Positions 6,746-16,255 of a stretch of DNA of 32,000 bases are shown here, one piece after another. A program made the position numbers and the translations under genes. Under the pieces are notes generated by a model that did not search any database, was not told the origin of the DNA, and saw only the letters and a program-made list of their open reading frames with translations. Every line of letters starts with the position of its first letter. Position 1 is the stretch's first letter. Source of the DNA: Candidatus Saccharimonadota bacterium (GTDB taxonomy: Bacteria; Bacteroidota; Bacteroidia; Cytophagales; Amoebophilaceae); NCBI RefSeq assembly GCF_964030745.1, contig NZ_OZ034918.1, positions 210,001-242,000 on the forward strand, written 5' to 3'.

Positions 6746-9487
6746 CTAATCCCTTTGACAAATGCGCACATATGGGCAATAGCGACATATTTCTAAGTCT
6801 TCTGTTTGGGTAAAAGGTATTGCAGGGTTAAATATCTCTAACAGCAGCTCCTTGAGCCCTTCTTGAAATGGTTGTGCATATTCCTGAACATCCTCGATCC
6901 GTTGGTACTGTTTGCCACCATTAGCTTGTTGCATAAAGATACCAGGCGCATAACCCTTCAAAAAAATCTCGCGAATAGAAATCAAGTAAGGCATGATCGG
7001 TTGCTGGTAATCAGCTCCGTGTAGCGACTGAAAAAGCCAAGCATAAAAAAACAGCTGAAAAACAGCTCTGTTTTTTTTAATTTTAGTAGGATCAAACAGG
7101 CTGGTTATACTGGATATTTTGCAATTGGACAATCCTGTTTTATAATCTATAATACGGATCACCTGGTTGTGCCTATCTATACGATCTAATACACCACCAA
7201 GCCAGATCTTTCTCTTGCTATCTAAAACCATGGGGTGTTTGATGGCTACCTCAACACCCAAAAGGGTAAAGGGTCCATCTGCGTCATCTAAGTCCAACAT
7301 ACCGGCTACCAACTTGTCCAGTAGCGCATGGATCAAGATAGGTGTGCTGAACACTGCACCCCGAGCAGCCATAGCTTCTTTTATCCTTGTTTTTATTATT
7401 GATTTAAGCTGTACGACCATCTTTGAATCCACCTGCATCGCTACAAAAGGGCTGTACAACCTGGCCATAACATCATGAAATATTATACCCAACTGGATGG
7501 CATCTGCGCCATCTGTTGCACCAACCTCCTGCTTAAGGCGGAGCAAATAGCTAAAATAAAATTGAAGCGGACAAGACAAATACGTAGTTAACGCAGAAGG
7601 CGTCAGGATGGAAGCAGCTTCCTGGCCGAGAAACCTATCTAATAACTCCATCACTTTACTATCCTTGTCAATAGATATAGCAGCTATTGGCCTTTTGAAC
7701 AACTGCAGGGCATGACATGACTGTGTTATGGTTAACTTACTATCAAAAGTCAATTGTATCAACAGTCGATTCATTTCACCAGAACCATCTAAATGATTTT
7801 TTTGAGCATAATAACAATAAACAACTTGAGCACGCTGCAGCAATCTATAAAAGCCATAAGCAGTTGTATGTTCTGCTACTTTATCTACCAACGGTAACCC
7901 AAAATGATAACACAGACTATAGGGTAAAAAGGAGTCATTACGGGTAAGCTTAGGGAAGCTCCCTTCATTCATATTCAGAAAAAAAATATGTTCAAAATCT
8001 AAGTTATGGGAGTAGGAGACCTCCACAATATAGAGCCCCGTTAAAGCGTTTGCTTGATGGAAGTGCACCTTACTCTGCTTCAAACCATTTAAGAAAAAAG
8101 CAGTGGAACAGTCGGTCATTTCTGCCATTAGCCCCTCTATATAATCCAATAGATGATGCAATGCTGCTTTATTCAGTTCCAAGAACAACTGCTTGGTCTC
8201 CGTAAAATGGGTATAGATATAGGTTAATCCCTTCTGTAAGTAGAGAAGCAGCCCTTCTTGATGGAGCCATAAGCCAAAGGGATCGACTAGCTTACATGCA
8301 TCCAGTGATTGGCGCATAACAGTGATCTCTGCCTGAACCGTCTCTTCCGCAAATGGATGCCATAATGCCAAGAGATTAGCCATATGGCGATATATTTGCT
8401 CACTCCCTGCAACAGAGGCTTCCCAAAGCGCTACCAATTGCTCTACTAAGGTATAGATCACCGTAGCATGGAATGGATAATCCAACCTACAATGGAGCGG
8501 AATAGATAGGTTAGAGAGCTGATCCAATAAAGGGATCAGTAGATCGCTGCCACTTACCACGATTGCAGTTTGACTAGGCAAAAACCTTGGCTTTCCATCA
8601 TCTGTTTTTTCTTCTAAAGCTGCTATCACTGCTTGCACCTGTGCTACCGAAGTAGATGCTTCTATTGCGAAAACCTTTTTATTAGGATCATTCAAATAGG
8701 TACCCATAGGGAAAGTATGGTCAAACCATTTTTTTTCCCTATGCTGACGCAGGTAATGGCCTGCTATATTGACTCCATTATCTAAATAATGGGGATCAAC
8801 ATCCCAGAAAAAAGTAGTCGCCACAGCTGCCTGACATTGCCTTATAAACTGCTCTTGGGCAGGCGTTAGTAAATTAAATCCAATAAAGATTACTTCCTGA
8901 TAGGCATCCATTATTTCCGGTAAAGGTTGGGCCATGCTATGGCATAACCCTTCATACCCTTTACCTTCCGCTATAAGCTTTTCTCTAAAAGCTTGATATA
9001 GCAGGGGCAATTGTTTCCAAAAAACAGGGTCTTCTTTTTGTTGAAATAGTGGTAGCGTTCCAACCTTGAGTTGAGTTACAAATCCATCGCTGGTCAGTTG
9101 CTTGTGCTGCATTAAGGCTGCAAACAACGCAGTTCCATTGACCAGGTGGCTGTCTATCTTATTAAAGTCTTCTAAAAGAGTAGTCCCCCAACTATAAAAT
9201 TGCTCGAAGGATTCCGCTCTATTGAAAATATGCTGCGCTAGTTTATGCAGTCTGCTCAACAAAGCCAAAGTAGGTAGGGGAGCCAGCTTGCTATGCATCA
9301 GCATCCACTCAGGCAAAGTCAAACAATCAGCTTGCTGCGTCCACAAAGTTTGAAAATAATCAATAGACAACCATGTGGGAAATATCAACAGGCGCCTTTT
9401 CTTCAGGCTATTAGACTTATTTAAGTACGCAACAACCTCTGCCAAAAAAGGAGGGTGTTGTATGGTTTTTATTGGATTTGTAAACAT
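6746..9487 (-). CDS. AddB-like PD-(D/E)XK nuclease family protein (RecB-type nuclease domain with Fe-S cysteines)
   Basis: 913 aa. The C-terminal region has the RecB-family nuclease motif GGVLDRIDRH..IRIIDYKTG. Four Cys are arranged as in AddB/Cas4-type Fe-S nucleases (LSCPLQFYF ... CRYCPYVRIC). No Walker A is visible in the N-terminal part. Confidence 0.8.
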   Translation of the reverse strand: MFTNPIKTIQHPPFLAEVVAYLNKSNSLKKRRLLIFPTWLSIDYFQTLWTQQADCLTLPEWMLMHSKLAPLPTLALLSRLHKLAQHIFNRAESFEQFYSWGTTLLEDFNKIDSHLVNGTALFAALMQHKQLTSDGFVTQLKVGTLPLFQQKEDPVFWKQLPLLYQAFREKLIAEGKGYEGLCHSMAQPLPEIMDAYQEVIFIGFNLLTPAQEQFIRQCQAAVATTFFWDVDPHYLDNGVNIAGHYLRQHREKKWFDHTFPMGTYLNDPNKKVFAIEASTSVAQVQAVIAALEEKTDDGKPRFLPSQTAIVVSGSDLLIPLLDQLSNLSIPLHCRLDYPFHATVIYTLVEQLVALWEASVAGSEQIYRHMANLLALWHPFAEETVQAEITVMRQSLDACKLVDPFGLWLHQEGLLLYLQKGLTYIYTHFTETKQLFLELNKAALHHLLDYIEGLMAEMTDCSTAFFLNGLKQSKVHFHQANALTGLYIVEVSYSHNLDFEHIFFLNMNEGSFPKLTRNDSFLPYSLCYHFGLPLVDKVAEHTTAYGFYRLLQRAQVVYCYYAQKNHLDGSGEMNRLLIQLTFDSKLTITQSCHALQLFKRPIAAISIDKDSKVMELLDRFLGQEAASILTPSALTTYLSCPLQFYFSYLLRLKQEVGATDGADAIQLGIIFHDVMARLYSPFVAMQVDSKMVVQLKSIIKTRIKEAMAARGAVFSTPILIHALLDKLVAGMLDLDDADGPFTLLGVEVAIKHPMVLDSKRKIWLGGVLDRIDRHNQVIRIIDYKTGLSNCKISSITSLFDPTKIKKNRAVFQLFFYAWLFQSLHGADYQQPIMPYLISIREIFLKGYAPGIFMQQANGGKQYQRIEDVQEYAQPFQEGLKELLLEIFNPAIPFTQTEDLEICRYCPYVRICQRD

Positions 9488-9542
9488 AGATCATTTATTT
9501 ACATCTATTGACTATTAAATAGAATAGCATTTTTTACATGGA

Positions 9543-9753
9543 GTATTGGTATACGCAGCACTTATGGCCGCCGATAAAAGATTTGGCACGCAGTAAAGAC
9601 AATGAAACAATCTATTGTTCAGCGGGAAAAACAGAACTTGCCCACTTCGTGGGCTGCAAACAGGCTGTTTTTCTAATCCGCTGAAAAACAGATTGTTTAA
9701 AGACTTCCGCTTTACTGAAGTACCGCATTCCTTTATCGGCGGCCACAATAGAT
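9543..9753. repeat. MITE family C, full copy
   Basis: Long imperfect palindrome. Its arms are 'ggccgccgataaaag' / 'cctttatcggcggcc', 'aaacaatctattgttcagcggg' / 'ccgctgaaaaacagattgttt' and 'agcgggaaaaacag' / 'ctgtttttctaatccgct'. The central hairpin is gcccacttcgtgggc. The left terminus 'gtattggtatacgc' resembles the family A/B termini. Confidence 0.7.
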
Positions 9754-9767
9754 TTTCTTATCATTAT

Positions 9768-9987
9768 CAGCCCCGCGTCTCCTTCGATAAAAAATGGCGC
9801 TCTAGTAAAATACTAACACCTGAGCGATATCTTTTTCAGCGGATTAGAAAATCGTCTGTGTGAAGCCCGCTTGCGGGCTGAGTTCACGATTTTCCCGCTG
9901 AAAAAGATATCGATTCAGCTATTTACTATCGGGCCAGACTTTTTATCGAAGGAGATAAGGGGCCCAAGCCACAGGCGTGTAATGAAG
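9768..9987. repeat. MITE family A copy (reverse orientation, outer arm missing)
   Basis: The sequence 'gccccgcgtctccttcgataaaaaatggcgctctagtaaaa...gaagcccgcttgcgggctgagttcacgattttcccgctgaaaaagatatcgattcagctatttactatcgggccagactttttatcgaaggagataaggggcccaagccacaggcgtg' is the reverse complement of 4620-4830. Confidence 0.85.
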
Positions 9988-10058
9988 TTCCTTAAAAAAC
10001 TAGAAAAAATGCGTTTTCAACCACAATGCTGAGTAAAAAAATAAAATAAATTCCTTAA

Positions 10059-10214
10059 GTTGACGCCATTGGGGGTACAGGTAAGCCTGAGGCTTTAAAA
10101 TACGATTTGTATGGGCAATGGTCCCGAATGATAAATAAAAAAGAAAGGCTTATTTATCAAGGATTAGAAGAAGAAAAAAGAGTTTTGATCTTGTCTGCAC
10201 GAGGGAACTATTGA
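10059..10214 (+). pseudogene. yoeB: 5'-truncated YoeB/Txe-family toxin remnant
   Basis: The frame ending at TGA 10212-10214 reads VDAIGGTGKPEALKYDLYGQWSRMINKKERLIYQGLEEEKRVLILSARGNY*. This is colinear with the C-terminal half of E. coli YoeB (..[40 protein letters not shown]). The first ~40 codons and any start codon are missing, and an in-frame stop sits at 10056-10058. The terminal HY is NY here. Confidence 0.7.
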
Positions 10215-10369
10215 TCACTGGTAACTTCAAAACGCTTATTTTGTGCTTGTGTGCTTAAAAACAAGACAAAAATTAGTAAATTTAAGCAGTGCTAGATGCC
10301 AACAGAACGGCCCTATCGTCGTGAACATAAGACGGTATTGCGCAGCTTGTATAGACCAACCAACTAGAA

Positions 10370-11737
10370 ATGATGTCAACCGATCCACACGCCCTCACAC
10401 CCAAAGCAATTGTACAAGAGCTTGATAAATATATTATCGGTCAGGCAGAAGCCAAACGCAACGTTGCAGTTGCACTACGCAATAGGTGGCGCAGAATGCA
10501 AGTTACGGAACAGCTCAAAGAGGATATTATTCCAAACAATATTTTAATGATTGGGCCCACTGGCGTTGGCAAAACAGAAATAGCTAGGCGATTGGCTAAA
10601 ATTGCAAAAGTTCCCTTTACGAAAGTAGAAGCCTCTAAATTTACAGAAGTAGGCTATGTGGGGCGTGATGTAGAAAGCATGGTCAGGGATTTGGTGGAAC
10701 GTGCTATCGCCATGGTAAAGGCAGAAAAAATGGAAGCGCTCCAACACAAGGCGGCTCAGCAAGTAGAAGAAATTATTTTAGATATATTGCTGCCTCCGCT
10801 TCATCCACAAAGCACAACAGGCCCATGCACAGAGCAAAGCAGCTATGCTACTCGGGAGCATTTTCGTGAAAAGCTCAGCAGTGGCGCACTGGATCAACAG
10901 CAAATAGAGATTAAAGTAGCCAAAGTGCCTCCTTCTGGTAATATAAATAATCTAGGTATGGGGCCTGCTATGGAAGAAGGGTTTGTAATGAACTTTCAAG
11001 ATATGCTCAGTAGCTTTTTACCTAAGCAAACTAAAAAAAGAAAAGTAACCATTGCAGAAGCACGTACGCTATTATTAGCAGAGGAACTGGCCAAGCTCAT
11101 TGACATGCATGCGGTTAAAGAAGAAGCCTTAGCCAGAGCCAGCAATACCGGTATTATTTTTATAGATGAAATTGATAAAATTGCCCATACCGGACCAGGA
11201 AATAACCCAGGTGTAAGTCGAGAAGGGGTGCAACGCGACCTTTTACCCATTGTAGAAGGGAGTACGGTACAAACCAAACACGGCCCTATCGAAACAGATC
11301 ATATTCTTTTTATTGGAGCCGGTGCTTTTCATATGGCCAAGCCATCTGACCTCATTCCAGAATTACAAGGCCGCTTTCCCATTCGTGTAACATTAGAAAA
11401 CCTCTCAGAAAAGGATTTTTATAAGATTCTAGATGAACCTAAAAGCGCATTACCCATCCAATACCAGGCGCTGTTATCAGTAGAAAAGGTTAGCCTAATA
11501 TTTAGCCCAGAAGCCAAACAAGAAATTGCAGCTACCGCCTATCTACTCAATGAAGAGATAGAAAACATTGGTGCCAGGCGGTTGCAAACAGTAATGAGCC
11601 ATCTATTAACCCCTATACTATTCGACGTGCCCGATACCATCGCCCCCCATACAGCTATTACAATCACCAAAGAAATGGTTCAAGAAGCACTAGCTGGGTT
11701 AATAAAACGGAAAGATTTGAGTAGTTATATTTTATAA
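10370..11737 (+). CDS. hslU: ATP-dependent protease ATPase subunit HslU
   Basis: LTPKAIVQELDKYIIGQAEAKRNVAVALRNRWRR, Walker A GPTGVGKTEIARRLA, an inserted I-domain, Walker B IIFIDEIDKI, and GAFH...PELQGRFPIRV all match HslU. Confidence 0.95.
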   Translation: MMSTDPHALTPKAIVQELDKYIIGQAEAKRNVAVALRNRWRRMQVTEQLKEDIIPNNILMIGPTGVGKTEIARRLAKIAKVPFTKVEASKFTEVGYVGRDVESMVRDLVERAIAMVKAEKMEALQHKAAQQVEEIILDILLPPLHPQSTTGPCTEQSSYATREHFREKLSSGALDQQQIEIKVAKVPPSGNINNLGMGPAMEEGFVMNFQDMLSSFLPKQTKKRKVTIAEARTLLLAEELAKLIDMHAVKEEALARASNTGIIFIDEIDKIAHTGPGNNPGVSREGVQRDLLPIVEGSTVQTKHGPIETDHILFIGAGAFHMAKPSDLIPELQGRFPIRVTLENLSEKDFYKILDEPKSALPIQYQALLSVEKVSLIFSPEAKQEIAATAYLLNEEIENIGARRLQTVMSHLLTPILFDVPDTIAPHTAITITKEMVQEALAGLIKRKDLSSYIL

Positions 11738-11852
11738 GGGTTCTATCATTAGCATCCACCTAGCCTTCTGGCAATACCACTCCAAAACAAGAAAAAAATC
11801 CTTATATTTATGGACTGTTATGGACATAACGCTTACTATTTACTGATACTAC

Positions 11853-13163
11853 ATGGCATTCCTTATTAAGACAATTCAATTTTTAGCAGCACTCTTCATC
11901 ATGGTTGGCATCCATGAATTAGGCCATCTGCTTTTTGCCAAGTTATTTAAAATGCGCGTCAACAGCTACATGATTGGCTTCCCACCCAAAATATTTAAAG
12001 TAAAATGGGGTGAAACAGAATATGCTCTAGGGTCGATTCCCTTAGGCGGGGCGGTTCAAATTGCAGGCATGGTGGATGAGTCATTAACTACCGATCATTT
12101 GCAAAATAGCCCACAACCTTGGGAGTTCCGTTCAAAGCCAGCTTGGCAACGGCTCATCACCATATTGGGGGGTATTGCTTTTAACCTGATCAGTGGTATC
12201 CTTATATGGATTGGTTTAACCTATCTGATCGGCTATACCTATTTGCCTAAAGATGAAGTAAATAAATATGGCATTATGCCCAATGCACTAGCCATACAAA
12301 TGGGTTTTAAACCAGGGGATAAGATTATTCAAATCAATGGAGAAGATTTTGAAGATTTTAACGATACGATTTCACCCAATCTTTTGCTGCGCAGTAAAAG
12401 CTACTATACCATTCATAGAGATGGAGCACTCCTAAGGCTGCCCATTACAGAAAATGCCATAGAAAATTTATCAGATATCAAAAAAGGCCTTTTGTTAAGA
12501 CCTATTTATCCTTGTGTGGTTCAATCCGTTAGTCCAAACAGCAGCGCTGAACGCGCAGGATTAATGGCTGGAGATCAAATCCTTGCATTAGCTGGCCAAT
12601 CTACTCTTGATATAGAAATGCTCCATGCAATAGTTAAAACTTGTTTGGGCCAAGAAGTCGAGATCGTCTATTTGCGGGATGGTGTAAGAAAATCTACTCA
12701 GATTCAAATGGACGAGCAAAGATTAGGCGTAGCATTAACCCAACCACCCTATCATTATAAACAGCTCAACTACTCATTTATAGCATCCATTCCCGTTGGT
12801 ATAGCAAAAGCATTGAAGTTGATGGAGGGGCAGTGTTTATCCATCTGGAAATTGATCACAGGTAAACTCAGTGTGAAAAAATCTTTAAGTGGTCCCATTG
12901 GCATTGCCCAAAGCTTTGGCAATGAATTTATTGGCTATAGATTCTGGATGCTGGTTGCCTATTTATCTATCGCGTTGGGTTTAGCCAATTTGTTGCCTAT
13001 TCCCGCATTAGATGGAGGGCATGCGTTATGCATATTGTATGAAACACTATCTGGCAGAAAACCTTCCGATAGATTTTTACAAATCGCCCAAAAATTGGGT
13101 ATGATTTTCATCCTTTTACTTACACTTTATGTATTGGGGAATGATATTTCTAAATTATTATAA
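11853..13163 (+). CDS. rseP: RIP (site-2) zinc metalloprotease RseP, M50 family
   Basis: HELGHLLFA (HExxH) lies in the first TM helix. Internal PDZ region(s) are present (GFKPGDKIIQING; GLMAGDQILALAG), and the C-terminal motif is NLLPIPALDGGH. Confidence 0.9.
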   Translation: MAFLIKTIQFLAALFIMVGIHELGHLLFAKLFKMRVNSYMIGFPPKIFKVKWGETEYALGSIPLGGAVQIAGMVDESLTTDHLQNSPQPWEFRSKPAWQRLITILGGIAFNLISGILIWIGLTYLIGYTYLPKDEVNKYGIMPNALAIQMGFKPGDKIIQINGEDFEDFNDTISPNLLLRSKSYYTIHRDGALLRLPITENAIENLSDIKKGLLLRPIYPCVVQSVSPNSSAERAGLMAGDQILALAGQSTLDIEMLHAIVKTCLGQEVEIVYLRDGVRKSTQIQMDEQRLGVALTQPPYHYKQLNYSFIASIPVGIAKALKLMEGQCLSIWKLITGKLSVKKSLSGPIGIAQSFGNEFIGYRFWMLVAYLSIALGLANLLPIPALDGGHALCILYETLSGRKPSDRFLQIAQKLGMIFILLLTLYVLGNDISKLL

Positions 13164-13224
13164 GTAGCCTATTGTTTTCACTTTTCTGGCACATTATTTG
13201 CTTGTAGTATTATACAGCATAATA

Positions 13225-13366
13225 AGGCCTTCTGCAAAAGCTATTTGTGATCAGCAATTTTTAGGAGAAACGCAGTCGAGCACCGCAGCATACTAGATGT
13301 ATTTGAGGAGCATAGACAAGCTTCGATACCAAAATTGCCATTAGAAATAGGTTTTGCAGAAGGTCT
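13225..13366. repeat. 142 bp element bounded by ~36 bp imperfect inverted repeats, just upstream of lon
   Basis: The left end is 'aggccttctgcaaaagctatttgtgatcagcaatttt'. The reverse complement of the right end is 'agaccttctgcaaaacctatttctaatggcaatttt'. The interior is not palindromic, and the sequence is unrelated to MITE families A-C. Confidence 0.5.
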
Positions 13367-13383
13367 ATAGATAAACCAAATAT

Positions 13384-15861
13384 ATGTACTTCAATAAGTC
13401 ACTGATAATGGATGGAGGGCTTGCTTCTGCATGGGGTGAGGATGGCATAGGCGGCATGGTAGAGTTGATTGTCTCTGACGAAAAAGAACAACCCTCTGAT
13501 TGCACCACCCGAGTACCCCTATTGGCGCTTCGCAATACAGTCCTATTTCCCAATGTAGTTGTACCCATTACCGTTAAGGAACGGCAAGCCATGCACTTGA
13601 TAGAAGCCATACATGAAAGAGATGGCCTATTAGGCATCGTTGCACAACGCAATCCAGAAACCTTTGAAGGCAAGCAAACAGACATTTATAAAATAGGCAC
13701 ACTGGCCAAAATTATTAAAATCATCAGTTTGCCAAATGGTAGAACGATTGCTTTGGTGCATGGCAAGCAAAGATTTCAAACGATTCAACTCTTTACAGAG
13801 CCATCTGGGCTAGAAGCTACCATTCAACTTCTCAAAGACCAACCCTATAAAGAGGATAAAAGGGTGCTGGCGCTTATGCAATCTCTAAAAGATGTTGCCA
13901 TTAAAATCCTCAAATTTCGATCTGATCTTTCTAGTGAAGCACAAACGGTACTCACCAGCATTAAAAGCCTAGACTTTCTTACCTATTTTTTAGCTTCTAA
14001 TTTAAACACCGACATCCACTACAAGCAAAAGCTACTAGAATCCAACAATAGCACCAAACGTGCCAACCTACTTTTAAAGCACCTGCTTAGGGAATTAGAG
14101 ATTTCAGAGCTTAAAAAAGAGATTCAGGACAAAGTACATTCTGATATTAGTCAACAGCAACGGGATTATTACTTAAGGCAGCAGGTTAAAGTACTACAAG
14201 ATGAACTAGGCGAAAATGACCTTTCTGATGAAATCGATCTATTGCGTGAAAAAGGCAATAAAAAACAATGGCCTAAAGAAGTAGCCGATTACTTTAAAAA
14301 AGCATTGGAAAAAGCGGAGCGGATCAGCCCACATAGTCCAGATTATTCGATTAGCATCAACCATGCAGAGCTGCTGGTAGACCTTCCTTGGGAAAGCTAT
14401 ACCAAAGATAACCTAGACTTGAACCGAGCTAAAAAGATTTTCGATGCAGATCATTATGGTATTGAAAAAGTAAAAGAACGTCTTTTAGAGTATTTAGCTG
14501 TTTTACAGCTAAAAAAAGACATGAAAGGGCCTATTTTATGTTTATGTGGTCCTCCTGGAGTTGGTAAAACCTCTTTAGGCAAGTCTATTGCAAAAGCAAT
14601 GGGTAGAAAATATGCCCGCATTGCACTAGGTGGGTTAAATGATGAGGCTGAGATACGTGGTCATAGAAAGACCTATATTGGCGCCATGCCTGGTAAAATC
14701 ATCTATAACATTCAGAAGAGTGGTACCTCCAATCCTGTTATTGTATTAGATGAAATAGATAAAATAGATGGCATGCGTGGAGATCCAGCATCTGCCCTAC
14801 TAGAAGTACTCGATCCAGAGCAAAACAATGCTTTTGTAGACAACTTTTTAGAAGTACCCTATGATCTTTCTAATATTTTGTTTATAGCCACTGCCAATGC
14901 TATGGACCGCATTCCAGCTGCTTTACAGGACAGAATGGAGGTCATTGACGTAAGTGGTTATCTTTTAGAAGAAAAGATAGAGATTGCTAAAAAGTATCTT
15001 TTCCCCAAGCAAAGAAAAGAGCATGGCCTTAAAGCCACTGATCTGGCTATACAAGATGATGCCTTGGCTACTGTTATAGCAAGTTATACCCGTGAATCTG
15101 GTGTACGTGAGCTATCGCGTCAATTGGCCAATATTTGTAGAAAGACAGCTAAATCCATTGCTTTAGGGGAAAGTTATACGAAAAAAATCAAACAATCAGA
15201 TGTGCTGGCTTTACTAGGTCCAGAACCATTTGACCAGACGCCTTACCAAACCACACCCCTTCCGGGTGTTTCCGTTGGCTTGGCATGGACAGCAGCTGGC
15301 GGTGAAATTCTTTTTATAGAATCTGTTTTAAGTAAAGGGAAAGGCAGGGTGAATTTATCTGGCCACTTAGGAGAAGTGATGAAAGAATCTGCCATGACTG
15401 CCCTTTCTTATCTAAAGGCCAATGACCAATACCTGGACATATCGCATGGGGTCTTTGAAAATTATGATTTACACATTCACATTCCCTCTGGCGCAGTACC
15501 AAAGGATGGTCCTTCTGCAGGGATTACCCTCTTTACCTCACTGGCCTCTCTCTATACGCAAAAAAAGGTAAAAGACGCTTTGGCCATGACAGGAGAGATT
15601 ACCTTACGTGGAGAAGTGCTACCAGTAGGCGGTATCAAAGAGAAAATTTTAGCTGCAAAACGTGTGGGCATGAAAGAGATTATACTCAGCAGCAAAAACA
15701 AAAAAGATGTACAAGAGATCAAAGCAATTTACCGTGAAAATTTAATATTTCACTATGTAGATTCTGTAGATCAGGTCTATCGCTTGGCACTACAAGAAGA
15801 CAAAATAGCTAATGCAAAGGTTTGGGATGGTAGTGTGGCTGAAAGTAGCATAGGGAAGTAA
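13384..15861 (+). CDS. lon: Lon protease (endopeptidase La)
   Basis: Lon N-domain ([20 protein letters not shown]), Walker [16 protein letters not shown], Walker [11 protein letters not shown], and a protease domain with [15 protein letters not shown] and [12 protein letters not shown]. The true start may be the ATG at 13456 (MVELIV...) or 13408. Confidence 0.95.
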   Translation: MYFNKSLIMDGGLASAWGEDGIGGMVELIVSDEKEQPSDCTTRVPLLALRNTVLFPNVVVPITVKERQAMHLIEAIHERDGLLGIVAQRNPETFEGKQTDIYKIGTLAKIIKIISLPNGRTIALVHGKQRFQTIQLFTEPSGLEATIQLLKDQPYKEDKRVLALMQSLKDVAIKILKFRSDLSSEAQTVLTSIKSLDFLTYFLASNLNTDIHYKQKLLESNNSTKRANLLLKHLLRELEISELKKEIQDKVHSDISQQQRDYYLRQQVKVLQDELGENDLSDEIDLLREKGNKKQWPKEVADYFKKALEKAERISPHSPDYSISINHAELLVDLPWESYTKDNLDLNRAKKIFDADHYGIEKVKERLLEYLAVLQLKKDMKGPILCLCGPPGVGKTSLGKSIAKAMGRKYARIALGGLNDEAEIRGHRKTYIGAMPGKIIYNIQKSGTSNPVIVLDEIDKIDGMRGDPASALLEVLDPEQNNAFVDNFLEVPYDLSNILFIATANAMDRIPAALQDRMEVIDVSGYLLEEKIEIAKKYLFPKQRKEHGLKATDLAIQDDALATVIASYTRESGVRELSRQLANICRKTAKSIALGESYTKKIKQSDVLALLGPEPFDQTPYQTTPLPGVSVGLAWTAAGGEILFIESVLSKGKGRVNLSGHLGEVMKESAMTALSYLKANDQYLDISHGVFENYDLHIHIPSGAVPKDGPSAGITLFTSLASLYTQKKVKDALAMTGEITLRGEVLPVGGIKEKILAAKRVGMKEIILSSKNKKDVQEIKAIYRENLIFHYVDSVDQVYRLALQEDKIANAKVWDGSVAESSIGK

Positions 15862-15922
15862 AGATACAGCTAATATAGCAATTCAAGTCTAATGGTGTCA
15901 TCTGATGGACACAGAAGTATTA

Positions 15923-15992
15923 TAGTATTCTATACACGCCTGTGGCTGGGCCCCTTATCTCCTTCGATAAAAAGTCTGGCCCGATATAGATA
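15923..15992. repeat. MITE family A left half
   Basis: 'gtattctatacacgcctgtggctgggccccttatctccttcgataaaaagtctggcccgata' matches 4611-4672. It is truncated where the family B element begins. Confidence 0.75.
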
Positions 15993-16255
15993 GTATCTAT
16001 TCACGTCACTGGTTAATAATGAATTGTATTCCACTTTTTTCTTGATAAAAAAGTGGCCAAAAAATCAAGCCCTCGGCAAAAAGTTCCGGAACCCACCCCT
16101 TACAGATGGAAAAACAGAAGTCGCCCGCTGCGCGGGCTTCAAAGGAATCTGTTTTTCCCAATCATCTGCAAGGGGTGGCTTCTATTTCGAAACTTTTTAC
16201 AGGGGCATTGTATCACTTGCTATAATAAGGGAAAATAACAGTGGTGATTACCATA
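15993..16255. repeat. MITE family B copy
   Basis: Begins 'gtatctattcacgtcactggttaataatgaattgtattccacttttttcttgataaaaaagtgg'. The central hairpin is gcccgctgcgcgggc. It is near-identical to 25369-25600, and the right end is diverged ('aacagtggtgattaccatat'). Confidence 0.8.

Noticed and set aside
10214-10369. Bacteroidota-type promoter motifs (TTTG / TAnnTTTG) upstream of hslU ('ttattttg') and other genes
   Set aside because: Only one-mismatch matches were found, and such motifs occur by chance at high frequency in AT-rich spacers. Support is not strong enough to annotate.
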